Assembly: GCA_021735655.1 (NCBI GenBank)
Contig: JAIPGM010000001.1
Coordinates: 277,262 to 341,261 of the forward strand
Source: Candidatus Omnitrophota bacterium
GTDB lineage: Bacteria > Omnitrophota > Gorgyraeia > Duberdicusellales > 4484-171
DNA: 64,000 nt
Reading direction: 5' to 3'
The notes beneath the pieces were generated by a model. The model made no database searches, was not told where the DNA came from, and was given only the letters and a program-made list of their open reading frames with translations. The translations under genes and the position numbers were made by a program. Numbering within the stretch: position 1 is the stretch's first letter; every line of letters begins with the position of its first letter. Positions 48,373-58,853 of the stretch are shown piece after piece.

Positions 48373-49457
48373 AATTACCACAAGGTTTTCTTTCTTCCGG
48401 AATCAATTGCGGGTTAAAAAGAAAAAAGTTGGATCTTGGACTTATTTATGTTGAGGATTTTGCTAAGGTAGCCGGATTTTTTACAACGAATGCTAATCTT
48501 TCTTATTCGGTCGTAGCGGCTAAGAAAAATATTAAAAATCCGATTAAGGCGGTTTTAGTCAATAGCGGAAATGCGAACTGTTATTCTCATAAGTCTGGTT
48601 TAAAAGATACCGAAGATATAGTTTTAAAGTTAGCTAAGAAGCTAGGAGTAAAACAATCTAGCATCTTGATTGCTTCTACTGGTATTATCGGTAAAAAATT
48701 ACCGAAGCAAAAAATCATATCGGGATTAGAGCCTTTAATAAAGAACTTGGGAAAGCAGTCTAAGAATTTTTCAGAGAGCATTCTTACTACGGATGCCTTT
48801 GTTAAAACTGCCGGCAAACAGATTCTTAAAGGTAAGGCCAGCGTGGTTGGCTTTGCCAAGGGCGCTGGGATGATTTGTCCTAATATGGCTACAATGTTAG
48901 CTTTTGTGCTTACTGATTGTGATTTACCGCAGGCTGTTTTTAAAAAAATTGCTAAAGAAGCAGTTGAAGAAAGTTTTAATTCAATAAGCGTTGATGGTTG
49001 TATGAGTACTAATGATACCTTAATATGTCTTTCGAGCGGAAAGGTTCCTTTAAAGAACAAAGCTCAAATAGCTGATTTTTCTAAGAGTTTAAAGGTTGTA
49101 TGTTTAGAATTAGCCAAGCTAATAGTCAAAGATGCCGAAGGGGCAAGTAAATTTATTCATATTCGGATAAAGGGAGCAAAAACTAAACTTGAGGCAAAGA
49201 AGTGCGGTTTAGCTTTAGCAAATTCCAATCTTTTTAAATGTGCTATTTATGGTGAGAATGCAAATTGGGGAAGGATTATCCAAAGTTTGGGGCAAGTCGG
49301 GGTTAAGTTGGGAGAAAATATAGGTATTAAAACAAATTCCCTTAAGAAGAGAAATATTGATATAGCGATTGACCTAAAGAGAGGTAGGTCGTCAGCAAGC
49401 ATTTACACCTCGGATCTAACCCCGCAGTATGTTAAGATAAACGCTGAATATAGTTAG
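48369..49457 (+). CDS. argJ: glutamate N-acetyltransferase / ornithine acetyltransferase
   Basis: Autoproteolysis site PNMATMLAF (ATML). Confidence 0.8.
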   Translation: MKLPQGFLSSGINCGLKRKKLDLGLIYVEDFAKVAGFFTTNANLSYSVVAAKKNIKNPIKAVLVNSGNANCYSHKSGLKDTEDIVLKLAKKLGVKQSSILIASTGIIGKKLPKQKIISGLEPLIKNLGKQSKNFSESILTTDAFVKTAGKQILKGKASVVGFAKGAGMICPNMATMLAFVLTDCDLPQAVFKKIAKEAVEESFNSISVDGCMSTNDTLICLSSGKVPLKNKAQIADFSKSLKVVCLELAKLIVKDAEGASKFIHIRIKGAKTKLEAKKCGLALANSNLFKCAIYGENANWGRIIQSLGQVGVKLGENIGIKTNSLKKRNIDIAIDLKRGRSSASIYTSDLTPQYVKINAEYS

Positions 49458-49465
49458 GAGTTAAT

Positions 49466-50317
49466 ATGGTTCAAGAAGCAATAAAAAAAGCCGATGTTTT
49501 AATTGAGGCGCTGCCTTATATCAAGAAGTTTCATAAAAAGATATTTGTAATTAAGTATGGAGGTTCAATTCTAGGCGAAGAAAGAGTCAGGAAGTGCGTT
49601 CTTGAGGATATTGCTTTTTTAAGATTTGCCGGTATTAGGCCAATTATCGTTCATGGCGGTGGACCTAATATTACTGAAAGACTCAGAGACCATAAGGTGG
49701 CAACTGAATTTGTTGACGGCATGAGAGTGACTGATCAGTTTACTTTAAATGTAGTCGAAGAGGAGCTTAATAAATTAAATGATCTTATTCTTGGCGAAGT
49801 AGCAACCCATCAAGTTAAGGCCCTAGGTTTTAAGAAGAAGAATAGTATCTTAAGGGTTAAGAAAAAAAAGAGTAAGGTTGACCTAGGTTTGGTCGGTGAG
49901 ATGGTCGGTTTCGATAAAGAAACGTTATTTAAGGCTTTAGAGAGCGGTATTCCGGTTATTTGCCCGATGGGTGTATCAGCTGACGGAGTTTCCTATAACA
50001 TAAATGCTGACGAGGTAGCTTTTTTTCTGGCCTCTGAGTTAAAGGCAGAAAAGTTAGTTCTCTTAACCAATGTTTTAGGAGTAATGAGAGACCCTAAGGA
50101 CGATCACTCTTTAATTTCAACTATAACTGCCAAAGAGGTAAAAGAGTTAATTCAGGAAAAAATAATCGATGAGGGTATGGTGCCAAAGGTTATGGCTGCC
50201 AAAAAAGCAATTAATAACGGTGTAGGCAAGGCTCATATTGTTGATGCCAAAATTCCCCATGCTTTGCTTTTAGAGATATTTACCGATCAGGGTATTAGCA
50301 CCGAGATAGTAAAATAG
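49466..50317 (+). CDS. argB: acetylglutamate kinase
   Basis: VIKYGGS..VHGGGP amino-acid-kinase motifs. Confidence 0.9.
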   Translation: MVQEAIKKADVLIEALPYIKKFHKKIFVIKYGGSILGEERVRKCVLEDIAFLRFAGIRPIIVHGGGPNITERLRDHKVATEFVDGMRVTDQFTLNVVEEELNKLNDLILGEVATHQVKALGFKKKNSILRVKKKKSKVDLGLVGEMVGFDKETLFKALESGIPVICPMGVSADGVSYNINADEVAFFLASELKAEKLVLLTNVLGVMRDPKDDHSLISTITAKEVKELIQEKIIDEGMVPKVMAAKKAINNGVGKAHIVDAKIPHALLLEIFTDQGISTEIVK

Positions 50318-50327
50318 GATTGATTAA

Positions 50328-51509
50328 ATGAACATTAAGAAGTTATATAAGGATTATTCGTTAAATACTTACACTAGAGTAGGTCCGGTATTTGTTAAAG
50401 GTAAGGGAAGCTGGCTTTGGGATGCCCAAGGTAATAAATATTTGGATTTACTTCCCGGCTGGGGGGTATCAATTTTGGGCCATTGTCATCCGAGAATCGC
50501 GGCGGCTATTAATAAACAGACAAAAAAGTTAATTCATCTTCCGAATAATTTGTTTTTTAAAGAGCAGGCCTTATTAGCTAAAGAGATTGTGAAAAAGAGT
50601 TTTCCGGCTAAGGTATTTTTTGCTAATTCCGGGGCTGAAGGCATTGAAGGGGCGATAAAGCTTAGCCGTCTCTTTGGTAAAGGAAAAAGATATGAGTTGA
50701 TTACTATGAAAAATTCCTTTCACGGAAGAACTTTCGGTGCTCTTTCAGCGACAGCCCAAGCTAAATATAAAAAACCGTTTAAGCCGATACTCGGAGGTTT
50801 CAAAGAAGCAAAGTTTAATGATATAAAGAGCTTTAAGAATAAGGTTAATAAAAAGACGGTCGGGGTAATCCTAGAACTAATTCAGGGAGAGGGTGGAGTA
50901 AACGTAGCTGATAAAGATTATATAAGGCAGTTAAAGCAATATTGCCAAAAGCATAGCCTTTTATTAATTATTGATGAGGTCCAAACCGGAATGGGCAGAA
51001 CTGGAAAACTGTTTGCTTATCAGAATTATTCCATAACTCCTGATATAATGGTTTTATCAAAGGGTATCGGGGCAGGAGCCCCGATGTCAGCAATAGTTGT
51101 TAACAAGAAAATAGCTGATATAATTAAGCCGGGGATGCATGCTTCAACTTTTGGCGGATCGCCTTTAGTGACTGCGGCCTCACTTGAAACTTTTAAGGTA
51201 ATTGATCAAGAGAAGCTTCTTGGTAAGGTTAAAAAGAATGGTGACTATCTTCATAAGAGATTTTTGACTTTCAAGAAAAAGTATTCGTTGGTTAAAGCAG
51301 TGAGAGGAAAAGGCTTAATGCTGGGAATCGAGCTATCAATTGATGCGCAGCCTTTATTTTTAGAGTGTTTAAAGAGGAAGTTAATAATAAACGCTACCCA
51401 TAGAACAGTTTTAAGGATGTTACCGGCCTTAAACGTAACTAGATCTGAGTTGGATCAGGGTCTAGAGATATTAGATGCGGTATTAGCTAAGTTTGCTAAA
51501 AAAAAGTAG
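50328..51509 (+). CDS. argD: acetylornithine aminotransferase
   Basis: Class III aminotransferase: DEVQTGMGRTG and PLP-Lys LSKGIG. Confidence 0.85.
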   Translation: MNIKKLYKDYSLNTYTRVGPVFVKGKGSWLWDAQGNKYLDLLPGWGVSILGHCHPRIAAAINKQTKKLIHLPNNLFFKEQALLAKEIVKKSFPAKVFFANSGAEGIEGAIKLSRLFGKGKRYELITMKNSFHGRTFGALSATAQAKYKKPFKPILGGFKEAKFNDIKSFKNKVNKKTVGVILELIQGEGGVNVADKDYIRQLKQYCQKHSLLLIIDEVQTGMGRTGKLFAYQNYSITPDIMVLSKGIGAGAPMSAIVVNKKIADIIKPGMHASTFGGSPLVTAASLETFKVIDQEKLLGKVKKNGDYLHKRFLTFKKKYSLVKAVRGKGLMLGIELSIDAQPLFLECLKRKLIINATHRTVLRMLPALNVTRSELDQGLEILDAVLAKFAKKK

Positions 51510-51516
51510 AGCCAGA

Positions 51517-52452
51517 ATGAATCATTTTATTGCCCTTAAATATTTTTCTCAAGGAGAGATTGAAAAGCTTATTGATTTAGCGATAAAGATAAAAAGCAAT
51601 CGAAGTCTTTATCGAGATTCACTGAAGGGAAAATCAATAGGGCTTATTTTTGAAAAACCGTCCTTGAGGACTAAGACTGCTTTTTATATTGGGGCGGTAC
51701 AGTTAGGCGCTGAAGCTATTTACTATACCCCTCAAGAGATAAAAATCGGAGAAAGAGAATCGGTTGGTGATATTGCCGGAACTTTTTCAGTGTATTTAGA
51801 CGCGGTAGTTTTGCGTACCTTTTCGCATGATACAATTTTAGAGTTTGCAAAACTTTCAAAAATACCGATAGTTAATGCTTTAAGTGATTTTTTTCATCCT
51901 TCGCAAGTATTAGCCGATATTCTTACAATCAAGGAAGCTAAGGGCGATATAAAAAAGTTAAAAATCGTCTATGCCGGTGACGGTAATAATGTTTGCAACT
52001 CTTTAATTCATGCATTTTCTATTTTAGGTGGCAATTTGACTCTAAGTATTCCTAAAGGCTATGGGTATGGGCTTAAGAATAAAGTTTTAGCTGAGGCTAA
52101 GGCTCAGGCAGAGATTTCCGGGGCAAAGATATCTTTTAATCCTTCACTTAGTGAAGCAGCCAAAGGCGCGGATGTTCTATACACCGATGTTTGGACTTCA
52201 ATGGGCAAGGAGTCGGAAAGAAAGAAAAGAAAAAAAGCTTTTAAAAACTTTCAGATAAATGATAAAATCTTAAAAGCTGCTAAGAGTGATTGTATCGTGA
52301 TGCATTGTCTTCCGGCTCACAGAGGGGAGGAGATTACCGATTCGGTAATTGACAGTAAAAATTCGGCAGTCTTCAAGCAGGCTGAGAATCGTCTCCATGC
52401 GGCAAAGGCAATTTTAGTTTATCTTTTAAAAGGTAATAAGGCGGATAAATAA
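51517..52452 (+). CDS. argF: ornithine carbamoyltransferase
   Basis: STRT-like SLRTKT and HCLP motifs. ATG 51517 after the argD stop. Confidence 0.85.
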   Translation: MNHFIALKYFSQGEIEKLIDLAIKIKSNRSLYRDSLKGKSIGLIFEKPSLRTKTAFYIGAVQLGAEAIYYTPQEIKIGERESVGDIAGTFSVYLDAVVLRTFSHDTILEFAKLSKIPIVNALSDFFHPSQVLADILTIKEAKGDIKKLKIVYAGDGNNVCNSLIHAFSILGGNLTLSIPKGYGYGLKNKVLAEAKAQAEISGAKISFNPSLSEAAKGADVLYTDVWTSMGKESERKKRKKAFKNFQINDKILKAAKSDCIVMHCLPAHRGEEITDSVIDSKNSAVFKQAENRLHAAKAILVYLLKGNKADK

Positions 52453-53624
52453 TGAAAAAAGTAGTTTTAGCTTATTCGGGAGGATTAGATACTTCTTGTT
52501 GTGTGGCTTGGCTTAGAGATAAAGGCTACAAGGTGGTAGCTTTTTCTGCTAATTTAGGCAGTGAGTTCTCACCTAAAGAGCTTAAAAGCATGGCTAAGGC
52601 CAGCGGAATATCTAAAATCTATATAAAAGATTTACAAAAAGAATTCGCTGATCAGTATATACTTCCGGCACTTAAGGCCGGGGCAGTTTACCAGAATAAA
52701 TATCTTCTGGCGACAGCTCTTGGACGTCCTTTAATTGCTAAATATTTAGTTGAAGTAGCCAAAAAGGAAAAAGCAACTTATGTTGCTCATGGCTGTACGG
52801 CTAAGGGTAATGACCAGGTAAGGTTTGAGATAGCAGTGAAAGCTTTGAATCCTAGACTAAAGGTTATTGCTCCCTTGAGAGAGTGGCACTTAACCTCTAG
52901 AGATTCAGAGATTAAATATGCAAAAAGTAAAAAGTTGCCGATTAAATCAACCAAGAAGAAGATTTACAGCATTGATAAAAATATTTGGGGAGTAAGCATT
53001 GAAGCCGGCAGCCTCGAAAATTTGGACAACGAGCCTCCAGAAGATGCTTTTATTTTAACTCAAAGTTTAAAAAAGGCTCCCTCTAGTCCTCAATATTTAG
53101 ATATTGAGTTTTCTAAAGGAAAGCCAGTTAAGCTAAACGGGAAATCTACGGAGTTGGTGGCGCTTATAAACAAGCTTAATAAAATCGGTGGCAAACACTC
53201 AATCGGCAGGACTGATGTTATTGAGGACAGGGTTGTCGGTATAAAGTCGAGAGAGGTTTATGAGGCTCCGGCAGCTTGGATATTGCACTTAGCTCATAAG
53301 GAGCTTGAAAGTTTAGTCTTAGACAGAGAGACTCTTTCACAAAAAGCGCTTTTAGCCTTGAAATATGCCCAACTGGCCTATCAAGGTTTGTGGTTTTCTA
53401 AGCTGAAGATCAGCCTTGATGCGGCGATTTTAGAAACTCAAAGCAAAGTAAGCGGAAAGATAAGATTGAAACTATACAAAGGAAATATAATTATCGCTAA
53501 AAGAAGTTCGCCGCACTCTTTATATAAGGAAGAGCTGGCAACTTACGGTGAAAAAGATAAATTTAACCGAGATTGGGCCGAAGGGTTTATTAAAATCTGG
53601 GGAATGCCCTTTGTTGGTAAATAG
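52452..53624 (+). CDS. argG: argininosuccinate synthase
   Basis: AYSGGLDTS PP-loop. Confidence 0.9.
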   Translation: MKKVVLAYSGGLDTSCCVAWLRDKGYKVVAFSANLGSEFSPKELKSMAKASGISKIYIKDLQKEFADQYILPALKAGAVYQNKYLLATALGRPLIAKYLVEVAKKEKATYVAHGCTAKGNDQVRFEIAVKALNPRLKVIAPLREWHLTSRDSEIKYAKSKKLPIKSTKKKIYSIDKNIWGVSIEAGSLENLDNEPPEDAFILTQSLKKAPSSPQYLDIEFSKGKPVKLNGKSTELVALINKLNKIGGKHSIGRTDVIEDRVVGIKSREVYEAPAAWILHLAHKELESLVLDRETLSQKALLALKYAQLAYQGLWFSKLKISLDAAILETQSKVSGKIRLKLYKGNIIIAKRSSPHSLYKEELATYGEKDKFNRDWAEGFIKIWGMPFVGK

Positions 53625-53627
53625 AAT

Positions 53628-53690
53628 ATATCCGCCTCGCTAGATATACGGTAAATTTCCTCCGTAAATTTACCGTAACTCGGCGGATAT
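53628..53690. repeat. long nested inverted repeat (hairpin) in the argG-argH gap
   Basis: Outer arms ATATCCGCC (53628-53636) and GGCGGATAT (53682-53690). Inner perfect 11-bp arms ACGGTAAATTT (53648-53658) and AAATTTACCGT (53666-53676) around a 7-nt loop. Confidence 0.8.
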
Positions 53691-53745
53691 CAATTCAACT
53701 AAGCATTTTTCGAAGAAAAATGCAAGTTTCATTGAGGAGGTAAAC

Positions 53746-55140
53746 ATGGCTGATAAATTATGGGGTGGAAGATTTAGGAAGGAAGTAAATAAAGATTTTT
53801 TTGAATTTCAGAAATCAATACAATATGATTATAAAATCGTTGAATATGATATCTATCATTCAATTATTCACGTTACCGCCCTGGAAGAGGCCGGGCTTTT
53901 AAGTAAAGACGATGCCATTAAATTAACTTCTGTTTTAAGCGATATTTTTCAAGAGGTTAGAGAAGGAAGATTCAAGTTTAACCCTAATTCTGAAGATATC
54001 CATACTGATATTCAAAATAGAGTCTCTAAAAGGTTAGGGAAGCTGGCTCAGAAGTTACATACTCTACGTTCAAGAAACGATCAAGTTGTTTTTGATGAGA
54101 AGTGGTATTGCTATCGGGAAGGGGTCTATACTTTAAGTCTGATTAATGTAGTTTTGGCTAATCTGAATCATCTCGGCAACACTTACCGAGATACGCTTAT
54201 TCCCGGCTATACTCATACTCAGCGAGCTCAGGTAGTCTCATTTATTAACTATACCGGAGCTTTCTTTTGTATGTTTGAAAGGGATTTTGAGAGATTAGAT
54301 GCCTTCGTAAAGAAGTCAGAGATCTATATCGGTTCCGGTGCTTTGGCCGGAAGTGCTATTCCTAAGGCAGCCTATAGTGAGGCTTTAAAAAAGTTTTTGG
54401 AAAGTTCAAAAGCACAGTTAAAACATTCTAAGTCTTACACGGTTAAAAATTCTTTAGATAATGTTGCCAGCCGTGATTTTGTAATTGAGTTTTTGAGCAT
54501 TCTATCAATATTACAGATGCATTTGTCACGCATGGCTGAAGATTTTATCCTTTATTCGACCAAAGAGTTTGGATTTCTTGATTTACCGGAGGAGTTCTGC
54601 ACCGGTTCATCACTTATGCCGCATAAGAAAAACCCTGATTTTCTAGAGTTAGTCAGGGGAAATACCGGAAAAATATATGGTAATATAGTTTCAGTTTTAA
54701 CTATGATGAAGGGGCTACCGTTAACTTATAATCGGGATATGCAGCTAGATAAAGAGCCGCTCTTCTCATCTACCGAGGTAGTAGAACAAGAGCTAAAAAT
54801 AGTTGCCGGGCTAATTGCTGGTATAAAGTTGAATAAAAAAAGAATTCTTGAAGCCCTTGAAGATGAGGAGCTTTATGCTACAGAATTAGTAGAGTTTTTG
54901 GTTCATGCCGGGGTTGCTTTCTCGGAAGCCCATACTACGATTGGAAAGCTGATAATTTATTCCGAAGATAACAAAATTAAGATTAAAGATATGTCGGATA
55001 AAATTTTAAAAAAGTTTAATTCGTCGTTGAATCATAAAAACGTAAATCAAATAATGAGCGCCGAGCATGCGGTGGCGTCAAAAAAATCGTTACCGAAACA
55101 GAAGCATACTACTTCCAAAAAACCTTCTAAGAAGAAGTAG
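53746..55140 (+). CDS. argH: argininosuccinate lyase
   Basis: Fumarase/ASL family: GSSLMPHKKNPD signature. Confidence 0.9.
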   Translation: MADKLWGGRFRKEVNKDFFEFQKSIQYDYKIVEYDIYHSIIHVTALEEAGLLSKDDAIKLTSVLSDIFQEVREGRFKFNPNSEDIHTDIQNRVSKRLGKLAQKLHTLRSRNDQVVFDEKWYCYREGVYTLSLINVVLANLNHLGNTYRDTLIPGYTHTQRAQVVSFINYTGAFFCMFERDFERLDAFVKKSEIYIGSGALAGSAIPKAAYSEALKKFLESSKAQLKHSKSYTVKNSLDNVASRDFVIEFLSILSILQMHLSRMAEDFILYSTKEFGFLDLPEEFCTGSSLMPHKKNPDFLELVRGNTGKIYGNIVSVLTMMKGLPLTYNRDMQLDKEPLFSSTEVVEQELKIVAGLIAGIKLNKKRILEALEDEELYATELVEFLVHAGVAFSEAHTTIGKLIIYSEDNKIKIKDMSDKILKKFNSSLNHKNVNQIMSAEHAVASKKSLPKQKHTTSKKPSKKK

Positions 55141-55146
55141 CCTAAA

Positions 55147-56403
55147 ATGCACGAATTTCGTTTTAAGAAAAACAGACTTTATTGTGAGGATTTGCCGGTT
55201 CAAGAACTAGCCACGAAATACGGAACCCCTCTTTTTGTCTACAGCTCAAGGACAATCGTTGATCACTTTTTAAAGATTAAGAAGGCTTTTTCTTCGATTA
55301 AACCCTTAATTTGCTATTCAGCCAAAGTTAATTCTAATCTTTCGATCATGAAGCTTTTGGTGGATCAAGGAGCCGGATTGGATATTGTTTCCGGTGGTGA
55401 GCTTTATCGGGCTAAAAAAGTAAAATGTCCGGCTAAGAAAATAGTTTACGCTTCAGTCGGCAAAACTGATCGGGAGATAAAAGAAGCGCTTGATTACGGT
55501 ATATTGATGTTTACCGTCGAGTCTTTGGCCGAGCTAAAAAGAATTAATGCTTTAGCCAGAAAGCTAAAGCTAAGGGCGGATGTGGCCTTAAGGCTTAATC
55601 CTGATGTTGCGCCTAAGACTCATAGTTATATTATTACCGGTAAAAAGGAAACCAAGTTTGGAATGGACATCGATACGGTAAAAGAAATCCTTCTAGTTAG
55701 AGATAATTATCCATATTTGAATATAATTGGCATCCATATTCATATTGGCTCGCAAATTACCGAAAGCGCACCGTACTTAAAAGCGATTCGAAAGGTAAAA
55801 GAATTAGTCGATGAGGTTTCACGAGCCGGAGTTCAATTGAAATATTTTGATATCGGCGGGGGGTTGGGTATAGTTTACAATAAGGAAAAAGCTCAGACTG
55901 CTCAAAGCTTTGCTAAACAAGTTTTGCCGTTGCTGAAAAGCATCGGCTTAAAGGTAATACTTGAGCCGGGTCGTTTTATTGTCGGTAATAGCGGTATTTT
56001 AGTTACCAAGGTAATTTATTTAAAGGATACTTTTAAGAAGAGGTTTATAATTGTTGATGCGGCCATGAATGATATGATTAGGCCGTCTTTATACGGGGCT
56101 TATCATAATATAATTACCGTAAAAAAGGCTCAGAGTAAGAAAGCAAAGCCTAAGAAATTAGTTGATGTGGTGGGGCCGATCTGTGAGAGTGGTGATTTTT
56201 TAGGTAAAGCCAGGAATCTAACTGTAAATGAGGGTGACTATTTGGCAATTATGGCCGCCGGAGCCTATTGCTTTAGCATGAGCTCGAATTATAATTCACG
56301 ACCCCGCGCAGCTGAGATAATAGTAAAGAAAGACAAGGCTCAGCGTATCCGCCGAAGAGAAAAGTATGCCGATTTAGTTAAATCCGAAAGGATTGTTTTT
56401 TAA
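55147..56403 (+). CDS. lysA: diaminopimelate decarboxylase
   Basis: PLP-Lys CYSAKVN; GGGLGI; C-terminal CESGD. Confidence 0.9.
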   Translation: MHEFRFKKNRLYCEDLPVQELATKYGTPLFVYSSRTIVDHFLKIKKAFSSIKPLICYSAKVNSNLSIMKLLVDQGAGLDIVSGGELYRAKKVKCPAKKIVYASVGKTDREIKEALDYGILMFTVESLAELKRINALARKLKLRADVALRLNPDVAPKTHSYIITGKKETKFGMDIDTVKEILLVRDNYPYLNIIGIHIHIGSQITESAPYLKAIRKVKELVDEVSRAGVQLKYFDIGGGLGIVYNKEKAQTAQSFAKQVLPLLKSIGLKVILEPGRFIVGNSGILVTKVIYLKDTFKKRFIIVDAAMNDMIRPSLYGAYHNIITVKKAQSKKAKPKKLVDVVGPICESGDFLGKARNLTVNEGDYLAIMAAGAYCFSMSSNYNSRPRAAEIIVKKDKAQRIRRREKYADLVKSERIVF

Positions 56404-56409
56404 AACATA

Positions 56410-57222
56410 ATGACTACGATAACTTTTTATAAACTGCAGGCTTCCGGTAATGATTTTATTCTTATTGATAATCGTAAGACAAAGCTTAAGGCCGGCCAGC
56501 TAAAAAAGCTTGCCCGAAAGTATTGTCAGCGCAAATTGTCTATCGGAGCTGACGGCCTTTTGGTTATTGAGTCTTCGAAGAAAGCATCTTTCAGGATGAG
56601 GATTTTTAATGCTGACGGCTCAGAGGCCGAGATGTGTGGAAACGGCGCTCGCTGTACTGCTTATTGGGCCAAGAGTAAAGCTAAACAGGTTAAGTTTGAA
56701 ACTCAAGCCGGAATAATTGAAGCTTGCTTAAAAGCTGATAGGGTTGCTATTAAGCTTAGCGACCCTAAACAGATTAAGGTGCGTATCCCAATTGTTGTTT
56801 TGGGTCGAAAGATACATCTAAATTTTATCAATACCGGCGTGCCACATGTGGTTATTTTTGTTTCTGGATTAGATAAAATCGATGTTGAAAAAATAGGCCG
56901 GGCAGTACGATTTCATAAAAAGTTTCAACCGGCCGGGACAAATGTTAACTTTGTTGAGATAATTAATGATAACTTTGTTCGGGTAAGAACCTATGAGCGG
57001 GGGGTTGAAGCTGAAACTTTAGCTTGTGGCACTGGAAGTGTTGCCGCGGCAATTTTATTAAAATTTAAACTTAAAGTCACAAGCGGTAATCATAAGGTTA
57101 GAGTCTTAACTAAAAGCCAAGAAACCTTAAGCGTGCATTTTAGTAAGATTGATGATAAAGTAAGGGATGTTTGGCTTAAAGGCAAAGCTGATCTGGTTTG
57201 CCAGGGAAGTTTAAAGTTTTAA
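56410..57222 (+). CDS. dapF: diaminopimelate epimerase
   Basis: Two catalytic Cys motifs: MCGNGARC and CGTGS. Confidence 0.85.
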   Translation: MTTITFYKLQASGNDFILIDNRKTKLKAGQLKKLARKYCQRKLSIGADGLLVIESSKKASFRMRIFNADGSEAEMCGNGARCTAYWAKSKAKQVKFETQAGIIEACLKADRVAIKLSDPKQIKVRIPIVVLGRKIHLNFINTGVPHVVIFVSGLDKIDVEKIGRAVRFHKKFQPAGTNVNFVEIINDNFVRVRTYERGVEAETLACGTGSVAAAILLKFKLKVTSGNHKVRVLTKSQETLSVHFSKIDDKVRDVWLKGKADLVCQGSLKF

Positions 57223-57239
57223 ATTATTTAGGAGGATTT

Positions 57240-58118
57240 ATGCTTAAAGGAAGTATTGTCGCTATAGTAACGCCTTTTGACTCTCAAGGAAATATAAACG
57301 AAGCTAAGTTGAAAGAGTTGATTGATTGGCATATTGATTGCGGCACCGACGGTATTTTAGTTTGCGGGACGACTGGAGAAAGTGCAACTCTTACTCATCC
57401 TGAACATAAGCGGATTATTGATTTAGCGGTTTTGCATATAGATAAAAGAGTTCCGGTTTTGGCTGGTTGCGGTTCTAATTCAACTCATGAGGCTCTTGAT
57501 CTGGTTACTCATGCCAAGAGCGCTGGAGCAGATTTTGCTTTAGTAATTACTCCTTATTATAATAAACCCACCCAAGAGGGGCTTTATCGGCACTTTAAAG
57601 AAATAGCTGATAATGTTGATATGCCGATAATTATTTATAATGTTCCTTCGCGCACCGGAAGCAACATCCTTCCTGAGACCGTGGCTAGAATTTATAAGGA
57701 TTGTAAGAATGTTGTCGGGATTAAAGAAGCTAGTGGTTCACTTGATCAAATTACTAAGATAATGAGTTTGGTAGACGATAAGTTTCTGCTTTTTTCAGGA
57801 AGTGATGAGATCAATTTGCCGATACTTGCTACCGGCGCATCAGGAGTAGTTTCGGTGGCCGCAAATATCGTACCTAAGGAAATCCATCAGCTGGTAGCGA
57901 AGTTTTTAGAGGGTGATTTAGCTGAGGCTAGAAAAATTCAACTCCATCTTTATGAGTTAATTAAAACTCTTTTTGTTGAAACAAATCCGATCCCGGTAAA
58001 AACTGCCTTAGGGCTTATGGGGTTAATTGAGCCGAATATGCGCCTACCTTTATGTAATTTGAGTGAGACAAATCTAAGTACTTTAAAGATAGTTTTGAAA
58101 AAGTATAAGTTAATTTAA
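57240..58118 (+). CDS. dapA: 4-hydroxy-tetrahydrodipicolinate synthase
   Basis: GTTGES and active-site Lys region (IVGIKEASG). ATG 57240 with RBS AGGAGG. Confidence 0.9.
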   Translation: MLKGSIVAIVTPFDSQGNINEAKLKELIDWHIDCGTDGILVCGTTGESATLTHPEHKRIIDLAVLHIDKRVPVLAGCGSNSTHEALDLVTHAKSAGADFALVITPYYNKPTQEGLYRHFKEIADNVDMPIIIYNVPSRTGSNILPETVARIYKDCKNVVGIKEASGSLDQITKIMSLVDDKFLLFSGSDEINLPILATGASGVVSVAANIVPKEIHQLVAKFLEGDLAEARKIQLHLYELIKTLFVETNPIPVKTALGLMGLIEPNMRLPLCNLSETNLSTLKIVLKKYKLI

Positions 58119-58136
58119 TAGTTTAGGGAGGATATA

Positions 58137-58853
58137 GTGGTTAAATTAGGCATAAGCGGTGCCCGGGGAAAGATGGGTGAGCGGATAATTGCCTTGGCTA
58201 AAGAGTCAGGTGATTTTCAGATAATTTTTGGCTTGGAGCGCTTGGACCATCCTGACATCGGAAAGAATATCAATGGGGTGCCGATAGTTGAATCCCGTGA
58301 CTATATCCAGCAGTGTGACTGTTTGATTGATTTTAGTGCCGCCAAGGCGATAACTGATAATTTATCTTACTTAACGGAGTTTAAGAAGTCAGCAGTCATC
58401 GGTATAACCGGCTTAGATTCATCTAGTCAGGAAAAAATAAAGTCGGCAGCAAAAAATATCCCGATAGTTTTTTCACCGAATATGAGTGTGGGAGTTAATA
58501 TTTTGTTTCGTTTATTAAAAGAGGCAGCCAAAAGTTTAGCTGGCTACCAAGCCAGTATTTTTGAGGCTCATCATATCCATAAGAAAGACTCTCCTTCGGG
58601 AACCGCTAAGAAAATAGCAGAAATTATTAACGGTTATGATTTTAATATAAAAGTTGAAGATATCGAAGCTAAGCGTGAGGATGAAATCGTTGGTGATCAT
58701 AAAGTAGTTTTTGAAAGCGATCTTGATAAGCTAGAGTTATCCCATTCGGCTAAGACCAGAGATATTTTTGTTCAGGGAGCATTAGTTGCCGCTAGTTGGG
58801 TTAAAGGTAAACCGGCTGGTTTATATTCGATGGAGGATGTTTTAGGAAAATGA
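58137..58853 (+). CDS. dapB: 4-hydroxy-tetrahydrodipicolinate reductase
   Basis: GARGKMG NAD(P)-binding; E-AHHIHKKDSPSGTA motif. GTG start with RBS AGGGAGG. Confidence 0.8.
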   Translation: MVKLGISGARGKMGERIIALAKESGDFQIIFGLERLDHPDIGKNINGVPIVESRDYIQQCDCLIDFSAAKAITDNLSYLTEFKKSAVIGITGLDSSSQEKIKSAAKNIPIVFSPNMSVGVNILFRLLKEAAKSLAGYQASIFEAHHIHKKDSPSGTAKKIAEIINGYDFNIKVEDIEAKREDEIVGDHKVVFESDLDKLELSHSAKTRDIFVQGALVAASWVKGKPAGLYSMEDVLGK

